DNA of 64,000 bases from Candidatus Omnitrophota bacterium (GCA_003141835.1 PLNR01000011.1:107804-171803); one strand, 5' to 3'. Shown: positions 39,251 through 47,555, numbered from the stretch's first letter. Translations and numbers: made by a program. The notes: generated from the sequence alone by a model not told the origin.

Positions 39251-40392
39251 CCCCTTAATAGTTCTTTCAAGTGCCCTGTGACATATCCCGCGTCTTTTAC
39301 CGTCATCGAGGAGAACATCGGGATCGATAATATCTCGTTAAAGATCTTGTTGGCTACGGGAAAATCTCCCGCGCAGAACCTCTTTTTGTAATAGCTGTGC
39401 ATATGGAGAGGTATGTAATGGACGCTGGTCCCTATGTTCCTTTTCTTGAGCTCGATTATCAGGCTGTCCCTCTCCTGCCCCGAAGAGCCGGTCTTTATCA
39501 TGAACAAATGGTAATTGTGGAAGTGCTCGTCCGAATCTTTTGTAAAACCTGCCAAACCGTCCAATTCCTTACGGTAGAACGCCGCGAGCTTCCTGCGTTT
39601 CGCGAGCATCCGGTCGAGTTTCTTTAGCTGCACCAGCCCTATGGCCGCGTGGAGGCTGTCGAGGTTATATTTATATCCCTTCTCTTCGATGTCGTAGAAC
39701 CAGTTGCCGGTCTTGCCGTATCGTTTAAATGCCTGCTTATTAATGCCGAAATAACTTTTTTTCCGTATGCTCTCTATGAGATCCTTATTCCTCGATACCA
39801 CGAGGCCGCCCTCGCCCATGGCCAGGTTCTTTGTAGCGTAAAAACTGAAAACGGCGACGTCCGAGAAATTGCCGATCTTTTTACCGAAGTAGCGCGTCCC
39901 GATGGCATGGGCGGCGTCTTCGATCACCTTCAGGCCGTGCCTTTGCGCCAATTTATTTATCCCGTCTATATCGCAGGGGTATCCCGCTATATGGACCGGG
40001 ATTATCGCCTTGGTCCTTGAAGTGACGAGCCGCGAGGCTTTCTCGAGATCAATGTTCAGCGAATCTTCCTCCACGTCGCAAAGCACAAGTTTCGCGCCCA
40101 CCCAATCGACCACCTGCGCGGTAGCGGCAAAAGTCCATGTCGGGACGATCACCTCGTCGCCGGGCCCGATACCCAGCGCCTCAAGCGAAAGATGGAGGCC
40201 TGCGGTGCAGGAATTTAACCCAACGGCATAGAGCTGTTCCGGGCCTTTCAGGTAATCGACGATTTTGTCTTCAAATTCGGTGACTTTCGGGCCGGTCGTC
40301 CACCAGCCTGACCGCAAGACCGCCGCGGCGGCCTTCACCTCCTCATCCGAAACTTCAGGCCTCGAAAACGGAAGGAAATCTTTCCTTATCAT
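39247..40392 (-). CDS. DegT/DnrJ/EryC1/StrS-family PLP-dependent sugar aminotransferase (ArnB/PseC-like).
   Basis: FLPFSRPEVSDEEVKAAAAVLRSGWWTTGP N-terminus and a conserved lysine region. 381 aa. Confidence 0.85.
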   Translation of the reverse strand: MIRKDFLPFSRPEVSDEEVKAAAAVLRSGWWTTGPKVTEFEDKIVDYLKGPEQLYAVGLNSCTAGLHLSLEALGIGPGDEVIVPTWTFAATAQVVDWVGAKLVLCDVEEDSLNIDLEKASRLVTSRTKAIIPVHIAGYPCDIDGINKLAQRHGLKVIEDAAHAIGTRYFGKKIGNFSDVAVFSFYATKNLAMGEGGLVVSRNKDLIESIRKKSYFGINKQAFKRYGKTGNWFYDIEEKGYKYNLDSLHAAIGLVQLKKLDRMLAKRRKLAAFYRKELDGLAGFTKDSDEHFHNYHLFMIKTGSSGQERDSLIIELKKRNIGTSVHYIPLHMHSYYKKRFCAGDFPVANKIFNEILSIPMFSSMTVKDAGYVTGHLKELLRG

Positions 40393-41243
40393 TTTTCAAC
40401 CACCTCCCCTGTTCCCTGTTGCCCGACTTCGGGATACCAGCTGTCGCATTTCGCGCATAGCGAGTCCGTAAAAACGAGTTTTTCGTGTTCCATCCTCAAC
40501 CGGGCGTATTTTTCATTATGCCAGATCTCTCTTATAGTCTGCGAATTGACGTCGCCCATCGGCTCGCCGGCCCAATCATGGTTGCACCTGCCGGTCTTTC
40601 CGTCATAATAGACAAGCAGCTCGTAGTTAGGCATCACGCAGGGCTTTCTTTCTTTGCGCGGCTTGCGTATCGCGCCGAAGACGCCATTTATCGAGTGCTC
40701 CTCGTATACCCGGATCCTGTCGACCTTTCCGTCCCATATCTTCTTAAAAAGCTCGACGTTATTTTGAGGCGTCCCGGCCGTCTTTACCATCGATACCTGC
40801 GTCCTGACCTTCCCTTTATTGAATTTCAGGAAATCCAGGATGTTGCCTTCCACGGCGGAATATACGGCAGGCTTCCTGGTTTTATCGAAGACCGAAGGGA
40901 CATCTATACTGAAAGAGATGAAAGTAAGGCCCTTTACGATCGCTTCAAATTTTTCCGGATTGAGGAGCGTGGCGTTCGTCGCCATCTGAACTTCCTTGAA
41001 TTTCCCCGGGATATACCCCATCAGGCTGTTGAAGGCCGGATGAAGCAGGCTCTCTCCTCTCCTGTGCAGGACCAGGATGGTATCGGGAAAAGGGCTTATC
41101 TCATCTATGATCTTCCTGAAAAGTTTTTCGCTTATGAACCCGCTCGGGTTATCCAAATAACTACGCGGGCAATAGGTGCAGCGCAGGTTGCAGGAATTGG
41201 AAAGCTCGATCTCTACCCTTTTAGGAAAATCAGGAGTCAGCAT
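40389..41243 (-). CDS. Radical SAM protein (non-B12), possibly with a C-terminal Cys-rich auxiliary (twitch/SPASM-like) region.
   Basis: ELSNSCNLRCTYCP CxxxCxxC motif, and CAKCDSW near the C-terminus. 284 aa. Confidence 0.75.
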   Translation of the reverse strand: MLTPDFPKRVEIELSNSCNLRCTYCPRSYLDNPSGFISEKLFRKIIDEISPFPDTILVLHRRGESLLHPAFNSLMGYIPGKFKEVQMATNATLLNPEKFEAIVKGLTFISFSIDVPSVFDKTRKPAVYSAVEGNILDFLKFNKGKVRTQVSMVKTAGTPQNNVELFKKIWDGKVDRIRVYEEHSINGVFGAIRKPRKERKPCVMPNYELLVYYDGKTGRCNHDWAGEPMGDVNSQTIREIWHNEKYARLRMEHEKLVFTDSLCAKCDSWYPEVGQQGTGEVVEK

Positions 41244-41926
41244 TTTTTTTCTTTCAACAGCAGGTCAAATATATCCCTCGACTTGAAATCATAAACCGGG
41301 CCCAGGGCCGCGGCTATTTTATTGCATAACTTAATGTCTTCGGGATTATCGACTGTCAGCGAAATATCCGATATCTCCAACGGGCGCATCTTTGCGTCAA
41401 CAAATTTCGTTTTGAATTTTCCATTGTTATTCTTCAGGAACAGGGTGACATGCTCAGACTCGGCTTCGGATGCCCCTTCGGAAGACCTCCGCAGCGCTGA
41501 CAAGGTAATGACTTCCGAGTCCAGCCCGGCGATACAAGTGTTTTTATCCGGCGCGACGTAATCCAGCCCTTCATCAGCCTGTATATTGAACATTTTGTCT
41601 ATGAGCCCGGTGTCTACGAACGGGGAATCGCCGCATACCCGGCAAACGACGCCCGCTTTAAAAAACTCGGCGGCTTTTATATACCTGTCCAGGACGTTAT
41701 CAAGCGACCCGCGGAAGGCCTTGATCCCGCGCTTTACGCAATAAGCATAAAGCCCGTCATCACTGCCGTCGTCCGAGGTGATAACGGCGATGATCTCCGC
41801 TTCTTTCGAGGCCGAAGACCTTTTGTAGACATATTCGACCAAAGGTACGCCATCCAGGACCGGAGCGAGCATCTTTCCCGGGAATCTTTTTGAAGAAGAA
41901 CGCGCCTGGATCAACAAGGCCTTCAT
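41237..41926 (-). CDS. CMP-nonulosonic-acid synthetase / acylneuraminate cytidylyltransferase family (PseF/NeuA/SpsF-like).
   Basis: MKALLIQARSSSKRFPGK (cytidylyltransferase P-loop). 229 aa. Confidence 0.7.
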   Translation of the reverse strand: MKALLIQARSSSKRFPGKMLAPVLDGVPLVEYVYKRSSASKEAEIIAVITSDDGSDDGLYAYCVKRGIKAFRGSLDNVLDRYIKAAEFFKAGVVCRVCGDSPFVDTGLIDKMFNIQADEGLDYVAPDKNTCIAGLDSEVITLSALRRSSEGASEAESEHVTLFLKNNNGKFKTKFVDAKMRPLEISDISLTVDNPEDIKLCNKIAAALGPVYDFKSRDIFDLLLKEKKC

Positions 41927-42025
41927 TGCGATACACAGGGAAGCGGACAGAGCTTCGCCCCTTCGGTTACATACCTGTAACTTTTTTTCATTTTTTTGTT
42001 TTTTTTTAAGTAACTGTCCTGTACT
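41927..42025 (-). promoter_or_regulatory. 99-nt A-rich leader between the NusG paralogue and the first biosynthetic gene. It contains two adjacent short hairpins (GTTAC-N6-GTAAC and GAAGC-N7-GCTTC) and has no obvious SD.
   Basis: Read directly from the sequence. It is the only sizeable non-coding gap inside the ~43-kb gene array. Confidence 0.3.
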
Positions 42026-42535
42026 CTAAAGCCTCTCCACCACGTCGTTGTCCACTTCCGCGGCCAACGACCTGCCGAGAAGGTCCACCGAGATGACCAG
42101 CGTGCCCTTTTTGTCGTTGAATTTCTCGAATATGCCGATAGCTCCCCTGAGCGGCCCGTCTACAACGACGATCCTCTCGCCGGCGTTCAGGTAAGGGTGC
42201 GGCGACGGATCTATCCCCGATTCTACGATCATTCTTACGCTCTCTATCTGCTCTACGGGAATGGCCAGGGGGGCCGTTTTTGTGCCCAGGATATTGACCA
42301 CGCCTTCGGTCTTTTTGACCTCAAGCCAATCCTGGGTGGTAGCGGCACACTCGACAAAAAGATAGCCCGGGAAAAGCGGCCTTGCCACTTTTATCTTCCT
42401 GTCCTTCCTCCTGCTCCATTTGAGGACGGTCGGATAGAAGGTCTTGATCGATCTCTTGTTCAGGAGGTAGCTTACCTTGAACTCGTAGTTCGACCGCGTC
42501 CTTACCGCATACCATTTGTGGGCAAGCGCTATCAT
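42026..42535 (-). CDS. NusG/RfaH-family transcription antitermination paralogue (UpxY/LoaP-like), locus-specific.
   Basis: NGN domain (KWYAVRTRSNYEFKV…PLFPGYLFV) plus a KOW motif (GERIVVVDGPLRGAIGIF). 169 aa. Located at the head of the glycan operon rather than in a secE-nusG-rplK context. Confidence 0.8.
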   Translation of the reverse strand: MIALAHKWYAVRTRSNYEFKVSYLLNKRSIKTFYPTVLKWSRRKDRKIKVARPLFPGYLFVECAATTQDWLEVKKTEGVVNILGTKTAPLAIPVEQIESVRMIVESGIDPSPHPYLNAGERIVVVDGPLRGAIGIFEKFNDKKGTLVISVDLLGRSLAAEVDNDVVERL

Positions 42536-42538
42536 ATT

Positions 42539-43150
42539 TTATAGTCCGTGCACGGGCATTTTAGCCAGTTCCGCGTCATCGTTTATCCTCTTCAGGATCT
42601 TATCCTTATAACGCATGGATGTGATTATTATCGCGTCCGGTTTGAGGGCTTTGATCGTCTCCGGGCCGCCTATTGTGAAATTGAACTTCTTTGTGCCCTG
42701 CTTTTCCTTATCATCGTCGATTATCCCCAAAACCTCTATACCGGCCTCATGAGATATCACGAACGCAACTTCCATGACATCTCCGGCACCGTAGAATACG
42801 GCGCGCTTAACGCCTTGTCTTGAGATGGAATCGAGCTTTTCGGCGAGGTTTTTTTTGAGGTCTATGTAATAGTGGACTGTATATTCGAGGAAATGGTAGG
42901 TAAGCCTTGTCTTCTCGCTGAAACCTTCGGGAGTGAGGAAATACGATATGCGCTTGTGGTTTATGCCCTTGATCTTTATATAGCCCTTATTCGCCATCTT
43001 TTTAAGGCAGGCGTTGGTCACGCCCAGAGCCACGCCAAGCCGCTCCGAAAGTTTCCTCTGGGACGCGCCGGAATCCCTGGAGATCTCCTCCAGCAACTGA
43101 AGATTTCGCAAGTCTTCTGTTGGTTTACGGAAGCTGTTATCAGTGGGCAT
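42539..43150 (-). CDS. Rex-like transcriptional regulator: N-terminal winged helix fused to a C-terminal CoA-binding-type Rossmann domain.
   Basis: wHTH region (…SQRKLSERLGVALGVTNACLKKMANKGYIKI…) followed by VFYGAGDVMEVAF…GIEVLGIIDDDKEKQGTKK…AIIITS, which parallels the Rex GxGxxG…F-D-x-D-P-x-K dinucleotide-binding region. 203 aa. Confidence 0.6.
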   Translation of the reverse strand: MPTDNSFRKPTEDLRNLQLLEEISRDSGASQRKLSERLGVALGVTNACLKKMANKGYIKIKGINHKRISYFLTPEGFSEKTRLTYHFLEYTVHYYIDLKKNLAEKLDSISRQGVKRAVFYGAGDVMEVAFVISHEAGIEVLGIIDDDKEKQGTKKFNFTIGGPETIKALKPDAIIITSMRYKDKILKRINDDAELAKMPVHGL

Positions 43151-43182
43151 TTGGCTATAACGTTCTAAAGATGAACGATACT

Positions 43183-43211
43183 ATTTTACGTTATAACCCC
43201 TGTCCTGTCAA
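43183..43211 (-). promoter_or_regulatory. Sigma70-type promoter, TTGACA-17 nt-TAAAAT, about 32 nt upstream of the regulator ATG. Candidate promoter for the regulator, nusG paralogue and glycan operon.
   Basis: Minus-strand -35 (plus coordinates 43206-43211) and -10 (43183-43188) hexamers with 17-nt spacing, read from the sequence. Confidence 0.42.
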
Positions 43212-43239
43212 TAGGAAAAATAAAGGCTGGCTGCAGGAA

Positions 43240-44169
43240 TCAAGCGAAAAACTTGAAGAATTGGACCGTTCTCTTCAGCCCGTCATTTAGGTTAACTTTA
43301 GGGCTCCATTTGAGGATTTTTTTAGCTTTGGAAATATCCGGCCTGCGGACCTTTGGGTCATCTATGGGAAGGCGTTTATACGCTATCCTGCTTCTGCTTC
43401 CGGTGAGCGATAATATCCTTTTGGCCAGTTCAAGCAGGGTCTCTTCGTTGGGGTTGCCTATGTTGACCGGGGCATTCTCGCCGGATAGCATCAAGGCGTA
43501 GAGCCCCCTTACGAGGTCGTCTACGTAACAAAAACTCCTCGTCTGCCTGCCTTTTCCGTATACGGTGATCGGCTTGCCTTCGAGGGCCTGCATTATGAAA
43601 TTCGGTATCGCGCGTCCGTCGTTTTTGCGCATGCGCGGGCCGTAGGTATTGAAGATGCGGACGATCTTTGTATCGAGCTTATGCACCCGGTGGTAGGCCA
43701 TAGTTATCGCCTCGGCGAAACGCTTCGCCTCGTCGTAGACGCCTCTCGGGCCTATCGGGTTTACGTTGCCCCAATATGATTCCGGTTGGGGGTTTACGAG
43801 CGGGTCGCCGTATACTTCGCTCGTCGAGGCAAGCAGGAATTTTGCCCCCTTTGCCTTCGCGAGGCCCAAGGCGTTGTGCGTCCCCAAGCTTCCCACTTTC
43901 AGGGTCTGGATGGGATACATCAGGTAGTCGACAGGGCTCGCCGGAGAGGCGAAATGGAGGACATAGTCCAGCGGCCCGGCGACATTTATCTTGACCGAGA
44001 CGTTATGGTTCACGAATTTGAAATTCTTGTTGCCCAGAAGATGGGCGATGTTCTCTTTCTTGCCGGTTATAAGGTTATCCACGCAGATGACCTTATGCCC
44101 TTTGCCTATGAGAAAATCGCAGAGGTGCGACCCGATGAAACCTGCCCCTCCGGTTATTAGTATCCTCAA
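43240..44169 (-). CDS. UDP-glucuronate decarboxylase (UXS/ArnA-C-terminal-like extended SDR).
   Basis: [41 protein letters not shown] is UXS-like. The track ORF reaches 44304 with an Arg-rich, non-homologous extension. A TTG at 44169 preceded by GGAGGGGGG and overlapping the upstream stop is the likely start. Confidence 0.78.
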   Translation of the reverse strand: MRILITGGAGFIGSHLCDFLIGKGHKVICVDNLITGKKENIAHLLGNKNFKFVNHNVSVKINVAGPLDYVLHFASPASPVDYLMYPIQTLKVGSLGTHNALGLAKAKGAKFLLASTSEVYGDPLVNPQPESYWGNVNPIGPRGVYDEAKRFAEAITMAYHRVHKLDTKIVRIFNTYGPRMRKNDGRAIPNFIMQALEGKPITVYGKGRQTRSFCYVDDLVRGLYALMLSGENAPVNIGNPNEETLLELAKRILSLTGSRSRIAYKRLPIDDPKVRRPDISKAKKILKWSPKVNLNDGLKRTVQFFKFFA

Positions 44170-45287
44170 TTTCCCCCCTCCAGAAAATCTATCACTGCCT
44201 GCGCGACGAAACCGGCCTCCTCTTCGTTCAGCTCCGGAAAGACGGGAAGGGCGAGCACTTCTTCGCACGCCTTTTCGCTCACCGGGAAATCGCCTTTCTT
44301 CCATCCGAGCCCGCTATAGACAGGCTGCAGGTGCAGCGGTATCGGGTAATATACAGCCGTAGCGACATCCTTCACGGTAAGCGACTCCCTCAATTTGTCC
44401 CTCTCCTTTATCTTTATGTTATAAATATTATATACGTGTTTCCGGTCCTTTTTCTCGACGGGGACCGTCAATTTTCCGGCCCTGCTTAAATTTTCGAATA
44501 ATTTGTCATAAATGCCGGCGTTATTGCGCCGGGAATCGTTCCACGCGTCTAAATGCCGCAATTTGACCCTTAATATCGCCGCCTGGAGCTCATCGAGCCT
44601 GCTGTTCCGGCCTTCTGTCTCGTGGCGATACCTGCCGGCTTGCCCGTGGGCGCGAAGCATCATTACCCTGTCGGCAAGCGCCTTATTGTCAGTCGTTACC
44701 ATGCCCCCGTCGCCGAAACAACCCAGGTTCTTGCTCGGGAAGAAACTGAAACATCCGATATCCCCGAAACCTCCGACCTTTTTCGACCTGAATTCGGCGC
44801 CTATCGCCTGCGCGCAGTCCTCGATGATCTTTATGCCGTGTTTTTCGGCAATGCCCATAACGGCAACCATGTCGCAGGCCTGGCCGAAGAGATGGACCGG
44901 TACTATTGCCTTCGTCCTTGGAGTTATCGCTTTCTCTATGCGGTCCGCGTCTATATTAAAGGTATCAGGTTCGATATCGACGAGAACGGGTTTCGCGCCG
45001 TTAAGGCAGATAGCTTCGGTGGTAGCGATGAAAGTAAACGGGGTAGTAATGACTTCGTCGCCGTCTCCTATGCCAAAAGATTTAATGGCAAGTTCCAGGG
45101 CATCGGTGCCGTTAGCTACGCCGACCGCGTATTTCGTACCGCAATAAGCAGCAGCCTCTTCCTCGAATTTCGCGACGTTCTCTCCGAGTATGAAAACGCC
45201 TTTTTCAAGGACAGCCTTCACGGCCGGGTCTATCTCACCCTGTAATTCCCTGTACTGCCTGACCAGTTCCAGCAACGGCACTTTCAT
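44166..45287 (-). CDS. DegT/DnrJ/EryC1-family sugar aminotransferase (WbpE/ArnB/WecE-like).
   Basis: [12 protein letters not shown]…[13 protein letters not shown]…[12 protein letters not shown]. 373 aa. Confidence 0.85.
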   Translation of the reverse strand: MKVPLLELVRQYRELQGEIDPAVKAVLEKGVFILGENVAKFEEEAAAYCGTKYAVGVANGTDALELAIKSFGIGDGDEVITTPFTFIATTEAICLNGAKPVLVDIEPDTFNIDADRIEKAITPRTKAIVPVHLFGQACDMVAVMGIAEKHGIKIIEDCAQAIGAEFRSKKVGGFGDIGCFSFFPSKNLGCFGDGGMVTTDNKALADRVMMLRAHGQAGRYRHETEGRNSRLDELQAAILRVKLRHLDAWNDSRRNNAGIYDKLFENLSRAGKLTVPVEKKDRKHVYNIYNIKIKERDKLRESLTVKDVATAVYYPIPLHLQPVYSGLGWKKGDFPVSEKACEEVLALPVFPELNEEEAGFVAQAVIDFLEGGN

Positions 45288-45288
45288 T

Positions 45289-46233
45289 TCAGCTTTTTCC
45301 GCTCACCGATTTGAAATACTCGACGGTTTTTTTCAGGCCCGATACAAAATCGACTTTGGGATCAAGTTTTAAGAGTTTCTTCATTTTCGTCACATCCGCT
45401 AGCGTATGCTTGACGTCTCCGGCCCGCGGCGGCATGAACTTAGGCTTTATATCTTTCCCTATGATCTCGTTGAGTATGCGGACTAATTCGAGCAGATTGT
45501 ACCCCTTGCCGCAAGCGACATTAAATGCCTCTCCCGATACCCCTTCGCGCACCGCCGCGGCAAGGTTCGCCTCTACGACATTGTCCACATAAGTGAAATC
45601 CCGGCTTTGCTTCCCGTCGCCGTCTACAGGCGGTTGCTCGTCTTTCAGGATACAGGTGATGAATTTAGGGATAACTACGGCGTATTCCGATTCAAGCGAT
45701 TGCCTTGGCCCGAATACGTTAAAATACCGGAGCGCCACGGTCTCAAGGCCGTAGGATTTAGCGAAGACCCGGAGATAATGTTCGCCGGAAAGTTTGGTGG
45801 CGGCGTATGGAGAAATAGGCTGCGGTATCTGGTCTTCGCTCTGCGGAAGCTTGACCGTATCCCCGTAGACCGAGCTGGACGACGCGAAGACTACCCTTTT
45901 TATCTTGTTCTCATGGGAAGCGACCAGGACGCTGAGGGTGCCTTTGACGTTTACGTCGTCATACAATAACGGGTTCTCCAGGGACTTCGGAACGGAACGG
46001 AGCGCGGCCTGGTGTATGACATAATCGCAACCCCCCAGCGCTTTTTTCAATGCGGCGGGATCGCGTATGTCCCCTTCTATCAATTCGATCTTGCTAAGGA
46101 CATCCTCAAGGTTCTTCTTTTTTCCCGACGAGAAATCGTCGAGGACCTTTACTTCTTCGCGTCGGCGCACAAGTTCATCGACGATACTGGAACCGATGAA
46201 TCCCGCGCCTCCGGTGACAAGGTATCTGGCCAT
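45289..46233 (-). CDS. NAD-dependent UDP-sugar 4-epimerase (WbpP/TviC/UDP-GlcA 4-epimerase-like).
   Basis: [18 protein letters not shown] and YAATK. 314 aa. Paired with the upstream dehydrogenase as in WbpO-WbpP and TviB-TviC pairs. Confidence 0.78.
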   Translation of the reverse strand: MARYLVTGGAGFIGSSIVDELVRRREEVKVLDDFSSGKKKNLEDVLSKIELIEGDIRDPAALKKALGGCDYVIHQAALRSVPKSLENPLLYDDVNVKGTLSVLVASHENKIKRVVFASSSSVYGDTVKLPQSEDQIPQPISPYAATKLSGEHYLRVFAKSYGLETVALRYFNVFGPRQSLESEYAVVIPKFITCILKDEQPPVDGDGKQSRDFTYVDNVVEANLAAAVREGVSGEAFNVACGKGYNLLELVRILNEIIGKDIKPKFMPPRAGDVKHTLADVTKMKKLLKLDPKVDFVSGLKKTVEYFKSVSGKS

Positions 46234-46237
46234 GAGA

Positions 46238-47548
46238 TTACAGCCTTTCTATTTTATTACGGTTCGTTTTAATATTCCTCAACGCGTTACGGGTATCGAG
46301 GATGAACTTCGAATTCTTGACTACAAAACCGTAATCGACGTTCGAGTGGTCGGTCACTATTACCACGCATTCTTTGGCCTTGAGCTCCGATGCGGTAAGC
46401 TTCACCGACTTCAGCTTGTGCCCGTTGAACGCGGATTCCGGCACGAAGGGATCATAATATGATATGACCGCCCCGCGCTCCTTGAGTTTTTCTATTACCT
46501 CGTATGCCGGTGATTCCCTCGTGTCTGTCACGTCTTTTTTGTAGGAGAGGCCTATAATGAGTATCTTAGCGCCCTTGACCGCCTTCCCGAACCTGTTATT
46601 GAGCGAACGCGATACCCTTTCGGCGACGTGTTCCGGCATGTCGGCGTTCACTTTTGAGGCCAGGTCGATGAACCTGGGCTCGAATCCCTGGATCCTCGCC
46701 TTCCATGCCAGGTATATGGGGTCTATAGGGATGCAATGCCCTCCTAATCCCGGGCCGGGGTAGAACGGCATGTAGCCGAACGGCTTTGTCTTCGCGGCCT
46801 CGATGATCTCCCATACGTCCACCTTGAGGCTGTCGCACATGAGCGCGAGTTCGTTCACGAGCCCGATGTTGACCGACCTGAAGGTATTCTCGAGGAGCTT
46901 GACCATCTCCGCCACTTTCACCGACGAGACCGGTATGACCTTCCCACATATCTGGGAGTACAGCAATTCTATATTATTCCTGCATATCTTCGTCATGCCG
47001 CTTACGACTTTCGGTATGTTATGCGTCATATATGTGGGATTGCCCGGGTCGATCCTCTCAGGGGAAAACCCGAGGCAGAAATCCTTTCCCACTTTCAGGC
47101 CGGTGGCCTCCAATATCGGGAGTATTACCTCCTCTGTGGTACCGGGATAAGTCGTGGATTCGAGCACTATCACCTGCCCCCGCCTTAAATTCCCGGCGAT
47201 CGCCTCGGCTGCCGAGACGATGAAAGACATGTCCGGATCTTTTGTCTTCCTTAACGGCGTCGGGACGCAGATTATTATGGCGTCCACTTCCTTTAGCTTC
47301 GAATAATCGCGGGTAGCCCTGAGCGCGCCCCTCTTTACCAGGGGCTTGATCTCCTCGCTGGGGATATCCAGTATATAGGAATTACCCGAGGTTATGGAAT
47401 CCACCTTGTTCTTGTCGAGGTCGACGCCGAGCGCCTTGAAGCCTTTCTTGGCGAATTCCACCGCAAGGGGCAATCCGACATAACCGAGGCCGATCACCGC
47501 GACCCTGGCCTCTTTCCGGTTTATCTTTGCTTTAAATTTCGCAACCAT
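46238..47548 (-). CDS. UDP-N-acetyl-D-glucosamine/mannosamine 6-dehydrogenase (WbpA/WbpO/TviB/WecC family).
   Basis: VAVIGLGYVGLPLAVEFAKKG and the UDPG_MGDP_dh C-terminal domain. 436 aa. Confidence 0.85.
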   Translation of the reverse strand: MVAKFKAKINRKEARVAVIGLGYVGLPLAVEFAKKGFKALGVDLDKNKVDSITSGNSYILDIPSEEIKPLVKRGALRATRDYSKLKEVDAIIICVPTPLRKTKDPDMSFIVSAAEAIAGNLRRGQVIVLESTTYPGTTEEVILPILEATGLKVGKDFCLGFSPERIDPGNPTYMTHNIPKVVSGMTKICRNNIELLYSQICGKVIPVSSVKVAEMVKLLENTFRSVNIGLVNELALMCDSLKVDVWEIIEAAKTKPFGYMPFYPGPGLGGHCIPIDPIYLAWKARIQGFEPRFIDLASKVNADMPEHVAERVSRSLNNRFGKAVKGAKILIIGLSYKKDVTDTRESPAYEVIEKLKERGAVISYYDPFVPESAFNGHKLKSVKLTASELKAKECVVIVTDHSNVDYGFVVKNSKFILDTRNALRNIKTNRNKIERL

Positions 47549-47555
47549 TAAATGA

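Noticed and set aside
43240-44304. N-terminal extensions of the track ORFs for the UXS-like gene (to 44304), rfbB (to 49540) and the GT2 (to 9123).
   Set aside because: The extensions are Arg-rich or non-homologous and would overlap the upstream genes by 40-140 nt. Internal ATG or TTG starts with SD sequences at 44169, 49456 and 9066 restore canonical N-termini and 4-13-nt couplings.
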